A DNA stretch of 62,272 nucleotides, the filler included, from Choristocarpus tenellus KU-1152 (Eukaryota > Protista > Phaeophyceae), in assembly GCA_964200185.2 (NCBI GenBank). It is 8 parts of 8 records of this genome, joined end to end, with 100 filler letters (N's around TTAATTAATTAA, not from the genome) between each part and the next. Parts side by side here need not be neighbours in the genome. Positions count along the whole stretch, not along the records: positions 13,227 to 26,265 come from CAXNAD020001605.1; 7 more parts are not named here. One strand, given 5' to 3'. Under the pieces are notes generated by a model. The model was not told the origin of the DNA. It saw nothing but the letters and a program-made list of their open reading frames with translations, and searched no databases. Both the position numbers and the translations under genes were made by a program. Positions 13,127-26,265 of the stretch are shown one piece after another (positions within the stretch are counted from its first letter, which is position 1; each line of letters begins with the position of its first letter).

Positions 13127-13226
13127 NNNNNNNNNNNNNNNNNNNNNNNNNNNNNNNNNNNNNNNNNNNNTTAATTAATTAANNNNNNNNNNNNNNNNNN
13201 NNNNNNNNNNNNNNNNNNNNNNNNNN
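13127..13226. other. Artificial contig spacer N44-TTAATTAATTAA-N44
   Basis: Identical 100-nt spacer with stops in all six frames; also at 26266-26365, 36334-36433, 41099-41198, 46848-46947, 52889-52988, 58505-58604. Confidence 0.97.
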
Positions 13227-13385
13227 GGGGGGTGGACTACACCAGGGTGTCCATTTGGACCAAAATCAGGAAAAGTGCATTTGCATTATCCATCCAACGT
13301 ATGCAACCAAATCACCCAAAAATCGCGACATACCAAAATTGACCCCAATTGCAAGGCCACCACCCCCCCCCAGATACTTTGAGCC
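13227..13385 (+). mobile_element. MITE family A, left end lost in gap
   Basis: Begins in the G tract; ends CAGATACTTTGAGCC. Confidence 0.9.
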
Positions 13386-13749
13386 ACATTCTTGAGGACT
13401 ATTCACTGTAAATCTATAATATTATTGTTGGGGATCATGCTGAGAGTAATATACCATAAAACAAGTGCTGGTCGATTAAAATTTTTCTGAGGTGTGCACT
13501 TAATGTATTTCAACCAGCCTGACTATTGCTTTCTTGGAAGAGAAATAGACTGGTGTGTGATGGTGAACGAGGTTGGATCTAGGGCTTTGAAAAAAAGACC
13601 GCGCTTCTTGTTTGTACTTGGAGCTCTCCACGCAAGTTGATACTCCTGTTCTCTTACAATGATATCAGCACACAAATATTATGAACACCTATGAACAAAC
13701 TTGAGAGCCAGCTCGAGTACAAGAGAATCCTGATAAGTACGATGTTCAC

Positions 13750-16700
13750 CTTCCTGCAATGGTACACTTGAGTGTGATACCATCCAAGAGAACCTCTCTG
13801 ATCGGAATGAAGTCAAGGGAGAGCTCCACCTTCTCTCCTTTGCGGATACTACCCCCTCGCTTTGCTCCCAGCAACTGGAGGACGGGGGTTTGGTGTTCCC
13901 ACTGCCAGAGGTAGTCCACACTGAATTTGCCCGGGTTGACTATTGTGATCTGATTCACATTATGGGTGGGTGGAGTTAGGATTGTAGACAAGAGATAAGA
14001 AGGTGTATGTGGAGTGGAGGTGGGATGAGGGCCAAGGTAGGTGTGTGGGGTGAGGATAGGGAAGGGAAGGGTGAACGTAGGATTAGGAGTATGAGTACGT
14101 ACCATGTCATAAATTGCTTTGTTCCTCTCTTCATCCCCACCCTTCAAAGAAAATTTTTGGCACAAGGAATTTGAGCTACTAATTGATTGCAATGACTTTA
14201 TTTGAGAGTCAAAGCAAATGAGAGATACCCAGGGTTGGATTCTTAAGGATGCTGACAAATGTGAAAAATTGACTTATGTACAAATGTGCATAGCGATTTT
14301 TCCGAATTCTATATTATTTTTCAAAAAACAGAGAAATCAGTGCACTCAAGTCAATCATAGCACTTTATTCAATAAATAGGGTGAATTTCAAAATATAGAA
14401 AAATTGATCAAAATGCGAAATAGCAAAAACCTTGATACCTCTTGCTTAATTTTGCTCTCAATCAAAATCTAAGATTCACAATCACAATCTAAAGAGTTCT
14501 ACCAATAATCACCATCTTGAAGCGTAGTAATGATGCTTCAACCAATAGGAGGACCGACCACATCCATGGGTGAACTAACTCTGCTCTTCTCAGACCTGTT
14601 CACTCTTCTTTTTTTATGCCCCTCTTTCCTGAGATCTAGCATACCTTGCGACTGGATCGCTCATTGATATGTACATTTCCAAAGTCGACAATGCTGACAG
14701 AAGGATGCAGGAGTAATTCCACCACTGCTGCAACTTCTCCTGAGTTGTTTGCATCCTTGCCATCAACTTCTTTTTCACCCTGAAGAAGGAGCTTGGCATG
14801 GACCTGACAAGATTTGATTTGGGCAGTATCATGACACCATGAGGGGTCATGAAATTTTGGGGAGGATGGAAGGAGATGTGATGTGTTTCTGCACCCTTCT
14901 TTATAATGAAGGTGCTCAGAGACATTGTGATAGTGTTTTCTTGAGTGGTGACAGATGAGCAGTGCGATTTTCAATGGGGGGTGTGAAGAATTCACTTTGA
15001 TGTAGAACATGCAACTTCCTGCGGATATAGAGGTGTAATAACACTCACTTCTCAGCGATATAGTCCAGTGGTTGAATCTCAGCTAGAATTTAGAATGATC
15101 AGTGCTATTTCACAATGGGAGGTGTAGAACTCTCTTCGTTGGAGAACACACAACTTGCTGGGGTACATAGATATGAAAAATATTTTTACATCTTGTTAAT
15201 ATTGTCCCACCAGTTGCATCTCAATTGGTATGTTGAACTTCATATGACTGATCTGATGAGGTCAGAGGACCAAAGCTGAAAGTACAAAATAGTCGAAGTG
15301 GGCAATGCATTTGCATTCCGCATTTTTGTTAATGGGTAAAAGTATGTTAGAGGGTACGAGTTTTGCCCTGTTTGTTCGTTTGAGCCTTGGCTTCTCACAG
15401 GTTTTTTATGGCATTCTCCTACTCCGAAATGTTTCACAGTAGGTGAAATGTATACTTAATGAAAAGGTATGTCTGGAACAAGGATATTGACACTTCCTAA
15501 CTACCACGATAGCCAAAATTACATCAAAATCACAACTTTGGATTTTGACCCCCAAACGGACGTGGCTCTACCCTCTAAGATACTTTGGCTCAATCTTGGC
15601 GATTCACTTCTCCCTTAGGAAGATATTGATACATATGAACGTTTCTCCATCTTCTCTCAGTATCCTTGGGATGTGATTGTCAAACCTTGAAACCCTCTCC
15701 TTTGACATTGAGACTGAGTCTTGACTGCTTCTTGCGTACAGTGAAGTTCAGGTTAAAATTGTGGAACTTTTCCTCTCGAGGGCAGAACATCACTTCAACA
15801 GGCACACGCCCATTGGGAGGGAGAAGAGCTGATGTGGGACTGACTTCCAGGACAGGGCGACGGCGAGGGTCATCATTCACCTTCAAGGGGTTGATTTTTC
15901 GTCAGTATAAACCATTTGACAGAGGATCAAGTGGAGAGAAGATAGGAAAAGGGGGGGGGGGTGAGTGCAGGATAATGAAAACACGATATCAGGGCTTGAA
16001 AATTGCTTGCAATCTAGAGCTCTAGAGGTCTAGATACAGTAAAGAAGAAGAGAGAGGCTTCCTACTATAATTAGCATCTCATCTTGGCTTCAGTTTTGTT
16101 TCACCAGTAAACGTTCCTTGTACCGACCAAAGCCTATCCATTACTACTGGAAAATTTGATCTAAATGCATAGGATCATCAATTTGCACCTGCGCCATTCC
16201 CAAGGAGTTTTTGTCGAAAACGAAGCTATGTGGAATATTCTCATGATTTATAATGTGGAACGTCTGGCGCTGTCCTGTTCCCAACATCAAGGCACCATAG
16301 TCTATGCGTGTGTGATCCAGCGTTACATTTGGCTCCACTACACTCCCCCCAAACAGGAAGAGCTCACTGACTCCATGATCAGGTACACGGAACCGAAAGA
16401 ATGCCTGCCACCAGGAGTGAATATTGGAGGCAATTAGAAAGTTTGTTGGGGATATGAAGAATATATGGGAGGAAGGAGAAATATTGTGTACTAATGTGTG
16501 GGTAGTGACTTATCCAGTTAGGAAGGGTCTGTATAGCTCGATTGCATCCCAATTTGATACTTGTACGAAGCATGAGTCGACAGATATGAATTGTTGAAGG
16601 ATTTCCCCCCACCAAAGTGTATTCTAGTACCCAAAAGAAGCATTGGGGTTGAGACAGTAGGGGAACCAGCCCAGCAGATATAAGAACAGGGAGGGTGGTG

Positions 16701-19700
16701 GGCTCTTGTGAGAGCTGGAGCTTTTCACTGACAATGGTTTGGTGGGGAAAAGGCAGGGGTGGGATTTGGTAAGACTTTGGTATTTTTTTTCGACTTGGGA
16801 TTGAGTGAAAGTATCTTTGAGGGTACGAGTGTTGCCCTGTTTGTCCATTTGGGGCTTGGCTTCCCATGTTTTTTTTTATGACATTTTCCTACTCCAAAAT
16901 GTTTCGGAGTAGTTAAGATGTATACCTTATGAAAAGATGTGCCCGGAACAAGGATACTGACACTCCTAAAAAATTCAATAGCCAAAATTACATCAAAATC
17001 GCAACATTGGATTTCGGCCCCCAAATGGACACGGCCCTATCCTCTAAGATACTTTGACTCATTTGGAAGCGGTTGTAGTCTCTGACTTGGAAGGTCCTTT
17101 GCTCAAAGTGTTTCTTTTGCACCTCTGCCGTCTCCATATCTTCTGGGGTAAACTCGAAGACCATCTCCCCACGCTTTCCAGCCAGAATCATTCCCCTCTG
17201 TGTCACACAGCGCCAACTAGGATGAGAAATCCCCTGGGCCTCCCAGCTGAAGTCGTAATTCAGGTTTGTTGGGTTCACCACATAAAACCTGGAGAGATGG
17301 GATAAGGGACAAACGTAGCAGTATGTTGCGGATAGAGTTGAAGTTAAGATGGGGGCTGTTGGTGTCAGAGGAGAAAGTGGTTGTAGTGCTCCTAATTTCA
17401 GTCTTCATACTGATGTCAGATGGTGTGATTTTGAGGTCTACAGCCATTCCAACTCTCTATCTCTCTCCTTCGCTCTGAAAAGAATACTTGACCCATGCAA
17501 CAACTCATTACTTGTGTCAAACACACCTCCTGATGTTGCGCATGTGTGTACCACGGCTGACCACCTCCAGCACCCTCACTGAAGCAGCTTCTATGGTGGC
17601 TCCAACCTGCCCTTTCTCGTTAGACAAGAGGTGGGTTTGACGCCGCTGGAGATAGTCCGGGGACTCATTTAGAGCAAAGTGGCACACAGGACGAATGGAG
17701 CGGCCTTGAAGAGTGACAGAGAGAAGGTCCTGTGGAAGGGAGTGACAGGGAGTTCATATGTGATATATAAATTGTGCTACATAAATCATTATACAGAGTG
17801 AACCTGTGCGCGCAACCTGTAAACAGAGTATGTGTATTCTTTTCATAGAGAGCACAAAATGTTGGTCTGTGGATGAAGCTAATGCAGTGCAAAGAGAACT
17901 TGATTCCAGATTCTGCTGTGTTCACTGTGAGTGAAAGTATCTTAGAGGGTACGATTTTGTCCTGTTTGTCCATTTGGGGCTTGGCTTCCCACAGGTGTTT
18001 TATGACATTTTTTCTACTCCGATATGTTTCGGAGTAGGGAAAATTTATACGCTATGAAAAGGTGTGTGCGGAACAAGGATATTGACGCCTCCAAAAAACA
18101 TGATAGTCAAAATTACATCAAAATCGGAACATTGGATTTTGACACCCAAATGGACGCGGCTCTACCCTCTAAGATACTTTGGCTCTGTGCTTTGTCTTGC
18201 ATCTTCACAATCTACCAATAGAGGGTGGAAAATATCCTATAAATCAGGAGGGAAAGAACAGATTGCGGTGTGTTCTTAACAACCATATCAATACATTGGA
18301 AGCAGGTGGTCAATGCCCAAGGCAGGGCGAGTAAGTTGCATGAGGCTATCTGTATAGTGGGAGCAACCCTGTGCCTCGAATACCACTGAAGGGTTCTCTC
18401 AGAGGGGCTTGGTCTGTCTGTCTCCTTCCTGCGAAATCTGCAAACACCAACTAGCATGCATTCTAATATTCATGGACGGACGACCAATAATTCGGAACAA
18501 AATTATATTAGTCAAAGCCTATAAGAATCTGCGAATGTCAGAGTAAACAAAAATTAGGTGGCCTTCAATCAAAGACTTTTACATGGTTAAAACATGGGAA
18601 CCCACTGTATAGCAAGTAGAACATACAGCCCAATCTCATCCGTTTAACACATGCAACTATCTAACCTATACTGTGCATGAGATGGATACTGAGCCATGCT
18701 TGGATAAGAGTTTCTTTATAAAGAAGGATCTATTTTAGCTCTAGGAGAATTCTCTCTGCCTCCAGGTCCATGAGAATACACTACATACGTTAATATTGGG
18801 ATGATATTTTGCATGTGTTTTCAAAGGAGGAGAGAAAGAAGGGGGTAATCTTGCATGAATAATTTGCTGCACAAGAAATATGGACATGTGTCTTCTTTAT
18901 TTTGATCTCTGATGGCCTGTCATGTTGAAGGAGGTCTACAAATGAGAAACATGTAAATATTATGTCAATACTATAGAAAAAATTAAATACTAGCTGGGTT
19001 GAAATGAACTTTGGATGTACACCAAGAGCGAAACATACACTCCTCTGAGGATAGGTTCACAGAAATGCACTTCCTTCCTTGATAGGTATAATTTTTGGAT
19101 GGCAAGAAGTGAACAATATTGTGTTGTGACTAAGGTTGTGGTGATATCTGAAATTTTCTTGTCCCAAACACTTGACAAATGTCAGTAATGCGTGAACATG
19201 AAGAACCTGAGTGTTCTGTGACATAGAAAAGGGATGGCAATTTAAGATCATCTTGTGACCATGAAACAGATGCTCATTTCCCCTCAAGGAGAGTACATGC
19301 TGGGTATCCCAGTCCCATGTAGACCAACCCCAACCACCTCTATGATAATGGGAATATATGAAGAGAGACTCTAGATCTTCGAATCACAAATATGGCATAG
19401 GGGAATGTCTATGAGGACAGGGATACACCACAATGCTTTTAAAGAGTACATGCTGGGCATCCCAAATCCATGTAGACCAACTCCAACCACCTGCTCTACT
19501 GTAAAGGATATATATTGAGAGAGACTCTAGATCTTCAAATCACAACAATATGGCACAGGGGAATGTCTATGAGGACAGGGATATACCACAATGCTTTGGG
19601 AAGATATTGAGCGCTCATCCCCTCATTTCACCTGGTCGATGGGTAAAGTTTGCATGCTGGCAGAAAGGCAGTACAGGAAATCGTCCACCTTCAGCAAAGA

Positions 19701-22700
19701 TACAATGGCATAAGGGAGCGGATTGTTGGGATTTTTTGAAACGTTGAACTAAGACTCTGTAAGGATACTGTAAACATCGGTAGAGTGCACCCTACAGGAT
19801 TGGGGGTTAGATCAATATTTTGGAAGGGTGCTATGAGCTCTTGCTCTCCCTATCTAGATTCCAACTGCAGATGAACTGACCGAACATGATACACCAAAGG
19901 ATGAATCTAGGGGTGGTTAAGAGATTATACTGAAGCAAGATATCAATTTTCTTATGCAGGACAGTAGCACCTCCGTGTGTATCAGAGCTGACGCAGTATT
20001 GGGGAATATTGTGATAAAATATTTTTATTTTATCAAAGTCATCACTTAGAGGTCATGAATGTATACTATACCACAGTGTTACATTGGATTATGTGACATA
20101 TCTAATGAATGCGAATATTTATGAGTTTTCCCCTGCTGATACCATATTGAGAACCTCAAGTTCTGCTGCACAGTATAGCTGCAGGAACTTTGAAGTAGGG
20201 AACAATCGCCCTAGTATAAAAAGATATACCCCAAGTCTGAAACTAAGTTGTTGATGATTTGAGTAATCTTTTTTCCTTTTTTCAAGCTTTCCTACCCTCC
20301 TAGAGCTGTTATATTTGAGCTCCAGTATCAGATTTTAGCTGTCCTGGAATATAGAAATGTATCCCTTAGCCATTTGCTTAAGTCGTCACAAGATTTTTTT
20401 TCACAGTTGATCAAGGGGATATTTTGATGTCCCAAACTAGGCTGCGTGTCTTCTAACTATTGCTACCTTTGTACTGCTAATACATACTACGAAACAACTT
20501 CTTCTCCGTAGTAACTTGTTAAATACATACTTGTAGATAATTTGAACTGTGCTCTGTTATGGTAGAATGAATATGTGCCCCATTATCACAAAGTCCTGTT
20601 ATAAATTTTGCTTTCACACGATCTCTCCTTCCCTTTGACAACACTTACCTCCAAGGGGGAAAATCGGACGGAGAAGGTCTCCTTGCCTCTTGCCATGATA
20701 TCCCCTGCACAGGGCTCAATAGAGAAAGGGCATGGCACATTTGTGACTTGAGGAAGAATGGATCCCACCCCTGCTGATAGTGCAGTGGAGGGGCGCGACA
20801 TTTGCTGACTTGAAGGACGTCCCCCAACACGGACGTTTCCAAGAGACCACTCATATGGAAGGCTGGTAATGCCTGGGTTCCTAACAAAGTGCAAACCATT
20901 GGTGATGGTAGCAAAGAGAGTTCAGAGGAGGGGACAGGACAAATGAGGGGGAGAACTTAGAAAGGTTATAGATGGGATCAGAGGAGAGATGAGCTGTTTG
21001 GGTAGAAAGGAAGACCTAAGGATTGTTTTTCCTTTGCAGAGTACTATATTGCGGGAGCAAGTGATGAACAAGCAATGTCAGCGGATGATTGTTCCATCCA
21101 TTGCAACTGTTTTACGGTAGTTTTAGTTAAGAATGAACTGATGCAGCTACATTACACATCACCCTTTTGACATATCTTACGCTGTATGGAAATGGGTACT
21201 GAGCTAGTAAGACCTTACAAGAGTGGGTTTGGTCGATTTTTAGTATGCAATTAGTCCTTCAATGTCCTGTGCTGGTTTGAGCCTGATCATACCCATTCCC
21301 TATGGTGTTAGTGGAAATGGGATTCCCTCCTGCTTTGACCCCATATTTAGCACATGCACACCAACTCTACAATTTATTCCCCAGTTGACACTGAAATTGT
21401 TCTCTACTTCTTCAGCAGAATCACTTGTTGGAGTAACACCTGCTAGATATGTATAACGAAGAGCAACTGGGTGGGAGTTACCCTTTTATCCAAACTCATA
21501 ATGTATTTCAGATAACCTTTACCAGGCAATCAAGTACCTGAACAATAGCTCAACAGGTTTTTCTCAAGACCCTTACATTCTCATGATGCAGCACTGAATC
21601 CAATGCACACTATTTTGTTCGCTCCCTTCTAAATTGCCTGAACTCCTTCAACATCTATCACCCAGCAGTTCCAATATTATGATCTCGTAGGTAGCACCCA
21701 CCTAATGGTGAAAGTGTGCACTCGGCACTGGAACATATATGTTGGCTTGAAGGAAATCGTTCTGACTCTCTCTGGCAAGCCTTCGGTCACTTCATACCGG
21801 GCAACGTCTGCCACTCCTGAGCAATTCAAGGTTCGCTTGGATGGTAGACTGTCTGCGGCAACCTCGTATCTGTTTTATTAGAGGTTACATTGGGGCTAAA
21901 GTCAGAAAGAGAATAAAAAGTTGAAGAAATGACATTAATATCCTCTAAATATTCATGCTCAGTCCGGAAGACTTCTTGTTGATATTATAGTCCTGTTCTT
22001 TTCATATTTTCATAAAAATAATACACTCATTCCACAAAATTGAGGCATTATGTATATGTCTACTACTCAGTTTGTAACTATGCACTTCAATGGTTATTTT
22101 ACTCTAGAGTATATATGAGTATGATCGTACTTCAATTTAGTCTGAAGAGTTCCAAACCTGTGGTTGAAAGGTAGTTAGTGGACAAGAAATTCACAAGGCT
22201 TAAAAAATACAAGTTAAAGGAAAAAATGTTTAAGAAATAGATACCATAAAAGAAGAGTTATAAAATATAAAATATAATGTAGCTAAAATTGGCAGCTTAA
22301 TGAAACCTACCCAATGCTTGGGATAGGATGCCATTAACATCATTACACATCAGACTCAGCGTTACACCCAGACCATCCAATCTGAACACTTCTCATCAAA
22401 TATCGTACAAAGTGAAGTGGAATACAAGAAGAATTAATCCTCCCCATAGAGGCGATGAGAAAAGTGGTATTCACAGCACATGGTGGCGACTGTTCGTGTG
22501 CCCTGATCTGTATGGGCCGCCTTAGCTGCTCTTTAGTATGATGTATGTCAGCTATTAAAATTTCGCTGGTATGCCACCCTTCCTTGAAGTTCATTGTTCT
22601 ATGAACCACAAAATCGTATCACCTGTACTGGATTGTACATCACATCCTCTCTGGAGCGTCAGATTCAGAATGCCCAATGTTCCTCATATTGTCCCATTCC

Positions 22701-25700
22701 AAGATAGGAATCGTCCAACAACTTTGAGAAGTAATTTGTCAGTATGTGCCACCAATAAGATACCCCACTAATTACCACAATCTGTCCACTCCTTCCATGT
22801 AGAGCACCTTGATTACTACATCCTTCAAAACTTGCGGCAAATTTATTTTGGTTCCATACAGTCAATGCAACCTTGAAACCGTGGAGGATAAGTCTCATCC
22901 TTATCGAGACCAATTTTTTGGATTGAAGCTCGGAGATTATCTGCTCCCATGGAGTTTGAGTATGACATGGCCCAGAATTCTTCAGTCAATTCCAAGGAGT
23001 TGATGCATCACCAAGGTGCCATGCCAGTAGATGATTGGTCAAGAGGTTTAACACCGTTCAGGTTGAGGTGGACCAACTTGAAAATTATGGTAGTATCAAC
23101 AGTACTTCAATGTGTCGTCATCACTGTTCTGTGATGAGTCCTTGCTCTCTCAGTAACCTGCCAGATTCATCGCGAATGTGTTATGATGTACTCTGCCTGG
23201 TCATCTTTACCTTGGACCCTTTCAGGTGTTGGTAGAAGCCAGCTTGTGGATCCCCAAGGTGACTATGGTCTTCTATGATGCAGGTGTAGGTGTCAGAGAG
23301 ATCCTGTAAGGCAAACGCCCTCTCCTGTTTAAGCTGATTACCAGTCACATTCAATGCCTTAAAGAAGATTGCTCTTGGGGACTTTGTGCATTGTTGCTGC
23401 CATACCCTTTCTCGCTCATCCCAGTTGAAGTTGCTTGAGCTTGGTTACCTGACCATCCTCATGGCTGGGTGGTTATTGGAGTCTGTTCCCTCTACCAATA
23501 ATGCATGTTTGAACTCTATCAATCTTTTTCATGGAAATATGGTTTCGGAAATGAAAGTCTATGTGGAAGCACAATGAATTGTACACCCAGCGTGGCTGCT
23601 ACTATCCTATTACTACACCCTGCTAAAAAACAGAGTGCAGTTCGACTGGGAGAGTTCAAGCCCCAAAATGTTCGCCTGTCCTCGTCTCTTTTCTTGTAAT
23701 CTTACCACATCCACACAAGCACATTTTGATTTCATCAGTACCACCGTGTGCCCCACCCCAATCTCGCCAGTCACTGCATGGTTTTCATATTGAAGTGGTT
23801 GCAGTCAAGCTCTCTATTCCGGTAAACTGATGCCCCAAGTCAGATTGTGTACGATGAGCAAGATCGTCTCTCCTCCCTCAACAAGCGTTCTCTATTTTCT
23901 TCCTTGCTTACCCTAGACCTCCTCTGATAATGCCTTGCTCTTTCAGTAGGGGCAACCAGTCCACAGCTCATGGGCAACTTGAGCTCCCTCTGGTTGTAAA
24001 ATCTAGAAGATAATCGTGCTGCGGCATTCTGGGAAGCTCTGCGGGTCACCTTTTCTGATTGACAGAATAATGCCCGCAGGGGACTGTACTTCCTCAGTGT
24101 TTATCATAGTCCTTCCGAGCCAAAGTATCTTAGAGGATAGAGCCGGGTCCATTTGGAAGCCAAAATCCAACGTTGCGATTTCGCTGTAATTTTGGCTATC
24201 GTGTTTCTTAGGAAGTGTCAATATCCTTGTTCCGGACACACCTTTTCAGTATACATTTTACCTACTCCGAAATATTTTGGAGTAGGAAAATGTCATCAAA
24301 ACCCCAAGAAAAGCCATGCCCCAAAAGGACAAACAGGGCAAACCTCGTACCCTCAAAGATACTTTCACTCTCCCCCTAACCCATTCATTCTGTCCATGCA
24401 ACATGTTCAATAAGGAGATTATAATATGGAGAGAAGTTAAGAAGGCATCTTGCATCTCCAAGATTCTTATAAAATAATTATCTTCAGTGAATGAGAGACT
24501 CTTATTGGATGTTGCGTTGACACTTACGTCCCACGTTCTAAATATGAAAATAGTGGAGCTATTTAGCAGCACCAACAATGGATGTGGGTGCAGTGATATG
24601 CGATCAAGTTGATTATGAAAAAGAGAGACAAGTATCCACAACAGAACCTCCGACAAATTCAAACTGAATCTCCACAACCCACTGTTTGAGACCCAAAAGT
24701 GAATAATATGAACTGAAACATTTTTTTTTGTATTGTTTACATGTCTTTCCTAGCAAAGGTCTGAGCCCATTTCTTGATATCTTGGTGATTGTGAATAGTT
24801 TCGTTCTGGGTAACATTGGTGATTTTGATGCTGAAATAGTGCATGGAATTGTACCATAATCTGATTTGTTACTCTTAACAACAAGAATGTCATCAACACA
24901 TCAATTTCACTAAATATCATGCATGTATTTGCCATTGCAGTATATCATTCTAGAATCCCACTAGCTAGGCGAAGTCTGCAATAACAGCATGTTGCTTGCC
25001 TCTGTGTCAATTGGGTTGAGAATAGTCACCTGAAATGAGTACTACACTTTTCAGCTCACCCAGGCTCAGACTGGACAACATACACCATCTGCACTCCGTC
25101 GGTTGACACAGGGCCTCTCTTGATTGTAGGTGCAGTAGGTAGGTCAGGCAGAGGAGGCTCCTTCCCTTTCTTTGACTTTTTTGCCTGTACAAAAGTCAAA
25201 AATATGTCATGGTTGGTTGATATAATGCGTATATCAGGGCACAAGGGAGTTTCTTCGAAAGGGCCTGCTTGATCTAGCAGCTGTCAGAGTCAAAGTATCT
25301 TAGAGGGTAGAGCTGGGTCCATTTGGTCGTTAAAGTCCAATGTTGAAAGTTGTATGTAATTTTGGCTATCGTGTTTGTTAGGAAGTGTCAATATCCTTGT
25401 TCCAGACATACCTTTTCATTACGTATACATTTCACCTACTCTGAAACATTTCGGAGTAGGAGAATGCCATAAAAAAACCTGTGAGAAGCCAAGGCCCAAA
25501 CGAACAAACAGGGCAAAATTCCTTCCCTCTAACATACTTTCACTCTCAATGATCTATAAAATAGGAACCTTTAATGCTCCTGACCCTGGAAGATTGCTGC
25601 ACTAGTTCAATTGTTCTTCAAGACTTCATACTCCCCCTATCCCTAAAGGTTGAATGAGTTTCACAACCACAAAGTTGTAAAGCAGAAACTGCCATCCCTC

Positions 25701-26115
25701 AACACGGAATGTTTCCAATAGTACACTCCTTCCTGTATACACCAGAAGGGATTTGTTTTTCAGAGAATGTACCCTACTTAAGAAGTCATTCCTTGAGATG
25801 TTAAAGGGGAGTGAATTCGTTGTCCAGAAAATGTTTTCATTGCATGGTCGGGCAAGAAGTAGTATTCTTTAGAGCTACTGATCACTGTCAAATGACCTGA
25901 AAACAGATTGCCATGCTCCTTCTATCTACCTGTAGTATTTTTTCACCTTGCTGTTGTTTTTTGGTGGAGGAGCTGCAGCAGCATCCTCTTGTTCAGCAAG
26001 TGTAGCCAAGTCACTCTCTGTGGCCTCTCGATATTGTGTTTTTGAGTCATCCCAATCCATATCTATGACCTTATTCTCCGAGGCAGGCTCTGCTGAAGGA
26101 CTGGATATCGTATAC
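13750..26115 (-). CDS. HYDIN: Hydin (axonemal central-pair protein), partial; C-terminal ASH-repeat region
   Basis: Phase-compatible GT-AG exons: ~26115-25947 (acceptor uncertain), 25184-25060, 21869-21702, 20880-20649, 19688-19632, 17729-17527, 17288-17123, 16404-16189, 15880-15686, 14803-14645, 13949-13750. Peptides TISFKPTYMFQCR, CPFSIEP..FSVRFSPLEVDDF, GRSIRPVCHF, FYVVNPTNLNYDFSWE, EEKFHNFNL..LSLNVKGEG, VDFGNVHINE. Gene incomplete on this contig. Confidence 0.9.
14230..14475 (+). repeat. Repeat family D, diverged non-autonomous element with a CAGGGTTG (hAT-like) end
   Basis: Aligns by eye with ~42336-42590 (CAGAGTTGCATTCTAAGGATGTTGAC...) and, in reverse, with ~39360-39600. Confidence 0.55.
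15334..15591 (+). mobile_element. MITE family B, TSD AAT
   Basis: GGGTAAAAGTATGTTAGAGGG ... CTCTAAGATACTTTGGCTC; AAT on both sides. Confidence 0.92.
16803..17060 (+). mobile_element. MITE family B, TSD ATT
   Basis: GAGTGAAAGTATCT ... AGATACTTTGACTC; ATT on both sides. Confidence 0.93.
17929..18185 (+). mobile_element. MITE family B, TSD TGT
   Basis: GAGTGAAAGTATCTTAGAGGGTA ... TACCCTCTAAGATACTTTGGCTC; TGT on both sides. Confidence 0.93.
19291..19597. repeat. Two-copy tandem duplication, ~152-bp unit, in a hydin intron
   Basis: AGAGTACATGCTGGG...GAGACTCTAGATCTTC...GGGGAATGTCTATGAGGACAGGGATA.ACCACAATGCTTT at ~19291-19439 and ~19443-19597. Confidence 0.9.
24117..24370 (-). mobile_element. MITE family B, TSD TCC
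   Basis: GAGCCAAAGTATCT ... AGATACTTTCACTC; TCC on both sides. Confidence 0.93.
25287..25545 (-). mobile_element. MITE family B, TSD TCA
   Basis: GAGTCAAAGTATCTTAGAGGG ... ACATACTTTCACTC; TCA on both sides. Confidence 0.92.
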
Positions 26116-26242
26116 CTTTTCAGTGGTGTAGATGGAGCAAAAATATTTTAAGGCCTTCTTCAAGTATATTTGTTTCAGAAATGAAGTACAGTAACACTAT
26201 TGGAACGATTCTAAACAAATGTCTTTACTCTTGATTTATCAA

Positions 26243-26265
26243 GACCCAAAGTATCTGGGGGGGGG
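26243..26265 (+). mobile_element. MITE family A terminus at contig end
   Basis: GACCCAAAGTATCTG(9), then the gap. Confidence 0.85.

Noticed and set aside
13171-13182. Recurrent TTAATTAATTAA motif as a biological repeat
   Set aside because: Always centred in a 100-nt N block; an assembly spacer.
18320-18428. Extra hydin exon after a good TTTCGCAG acceptor
   Set aside because: The required frame stops after 9 codons, and the flanking exons already join in frame (IDQ-DLLSV).
22300-24080. Old non-LTR retroelement relic in a hydin intron
   Set aside because: Looks like decayed coding DNA, but no diagnostic motif could be read with confidence.
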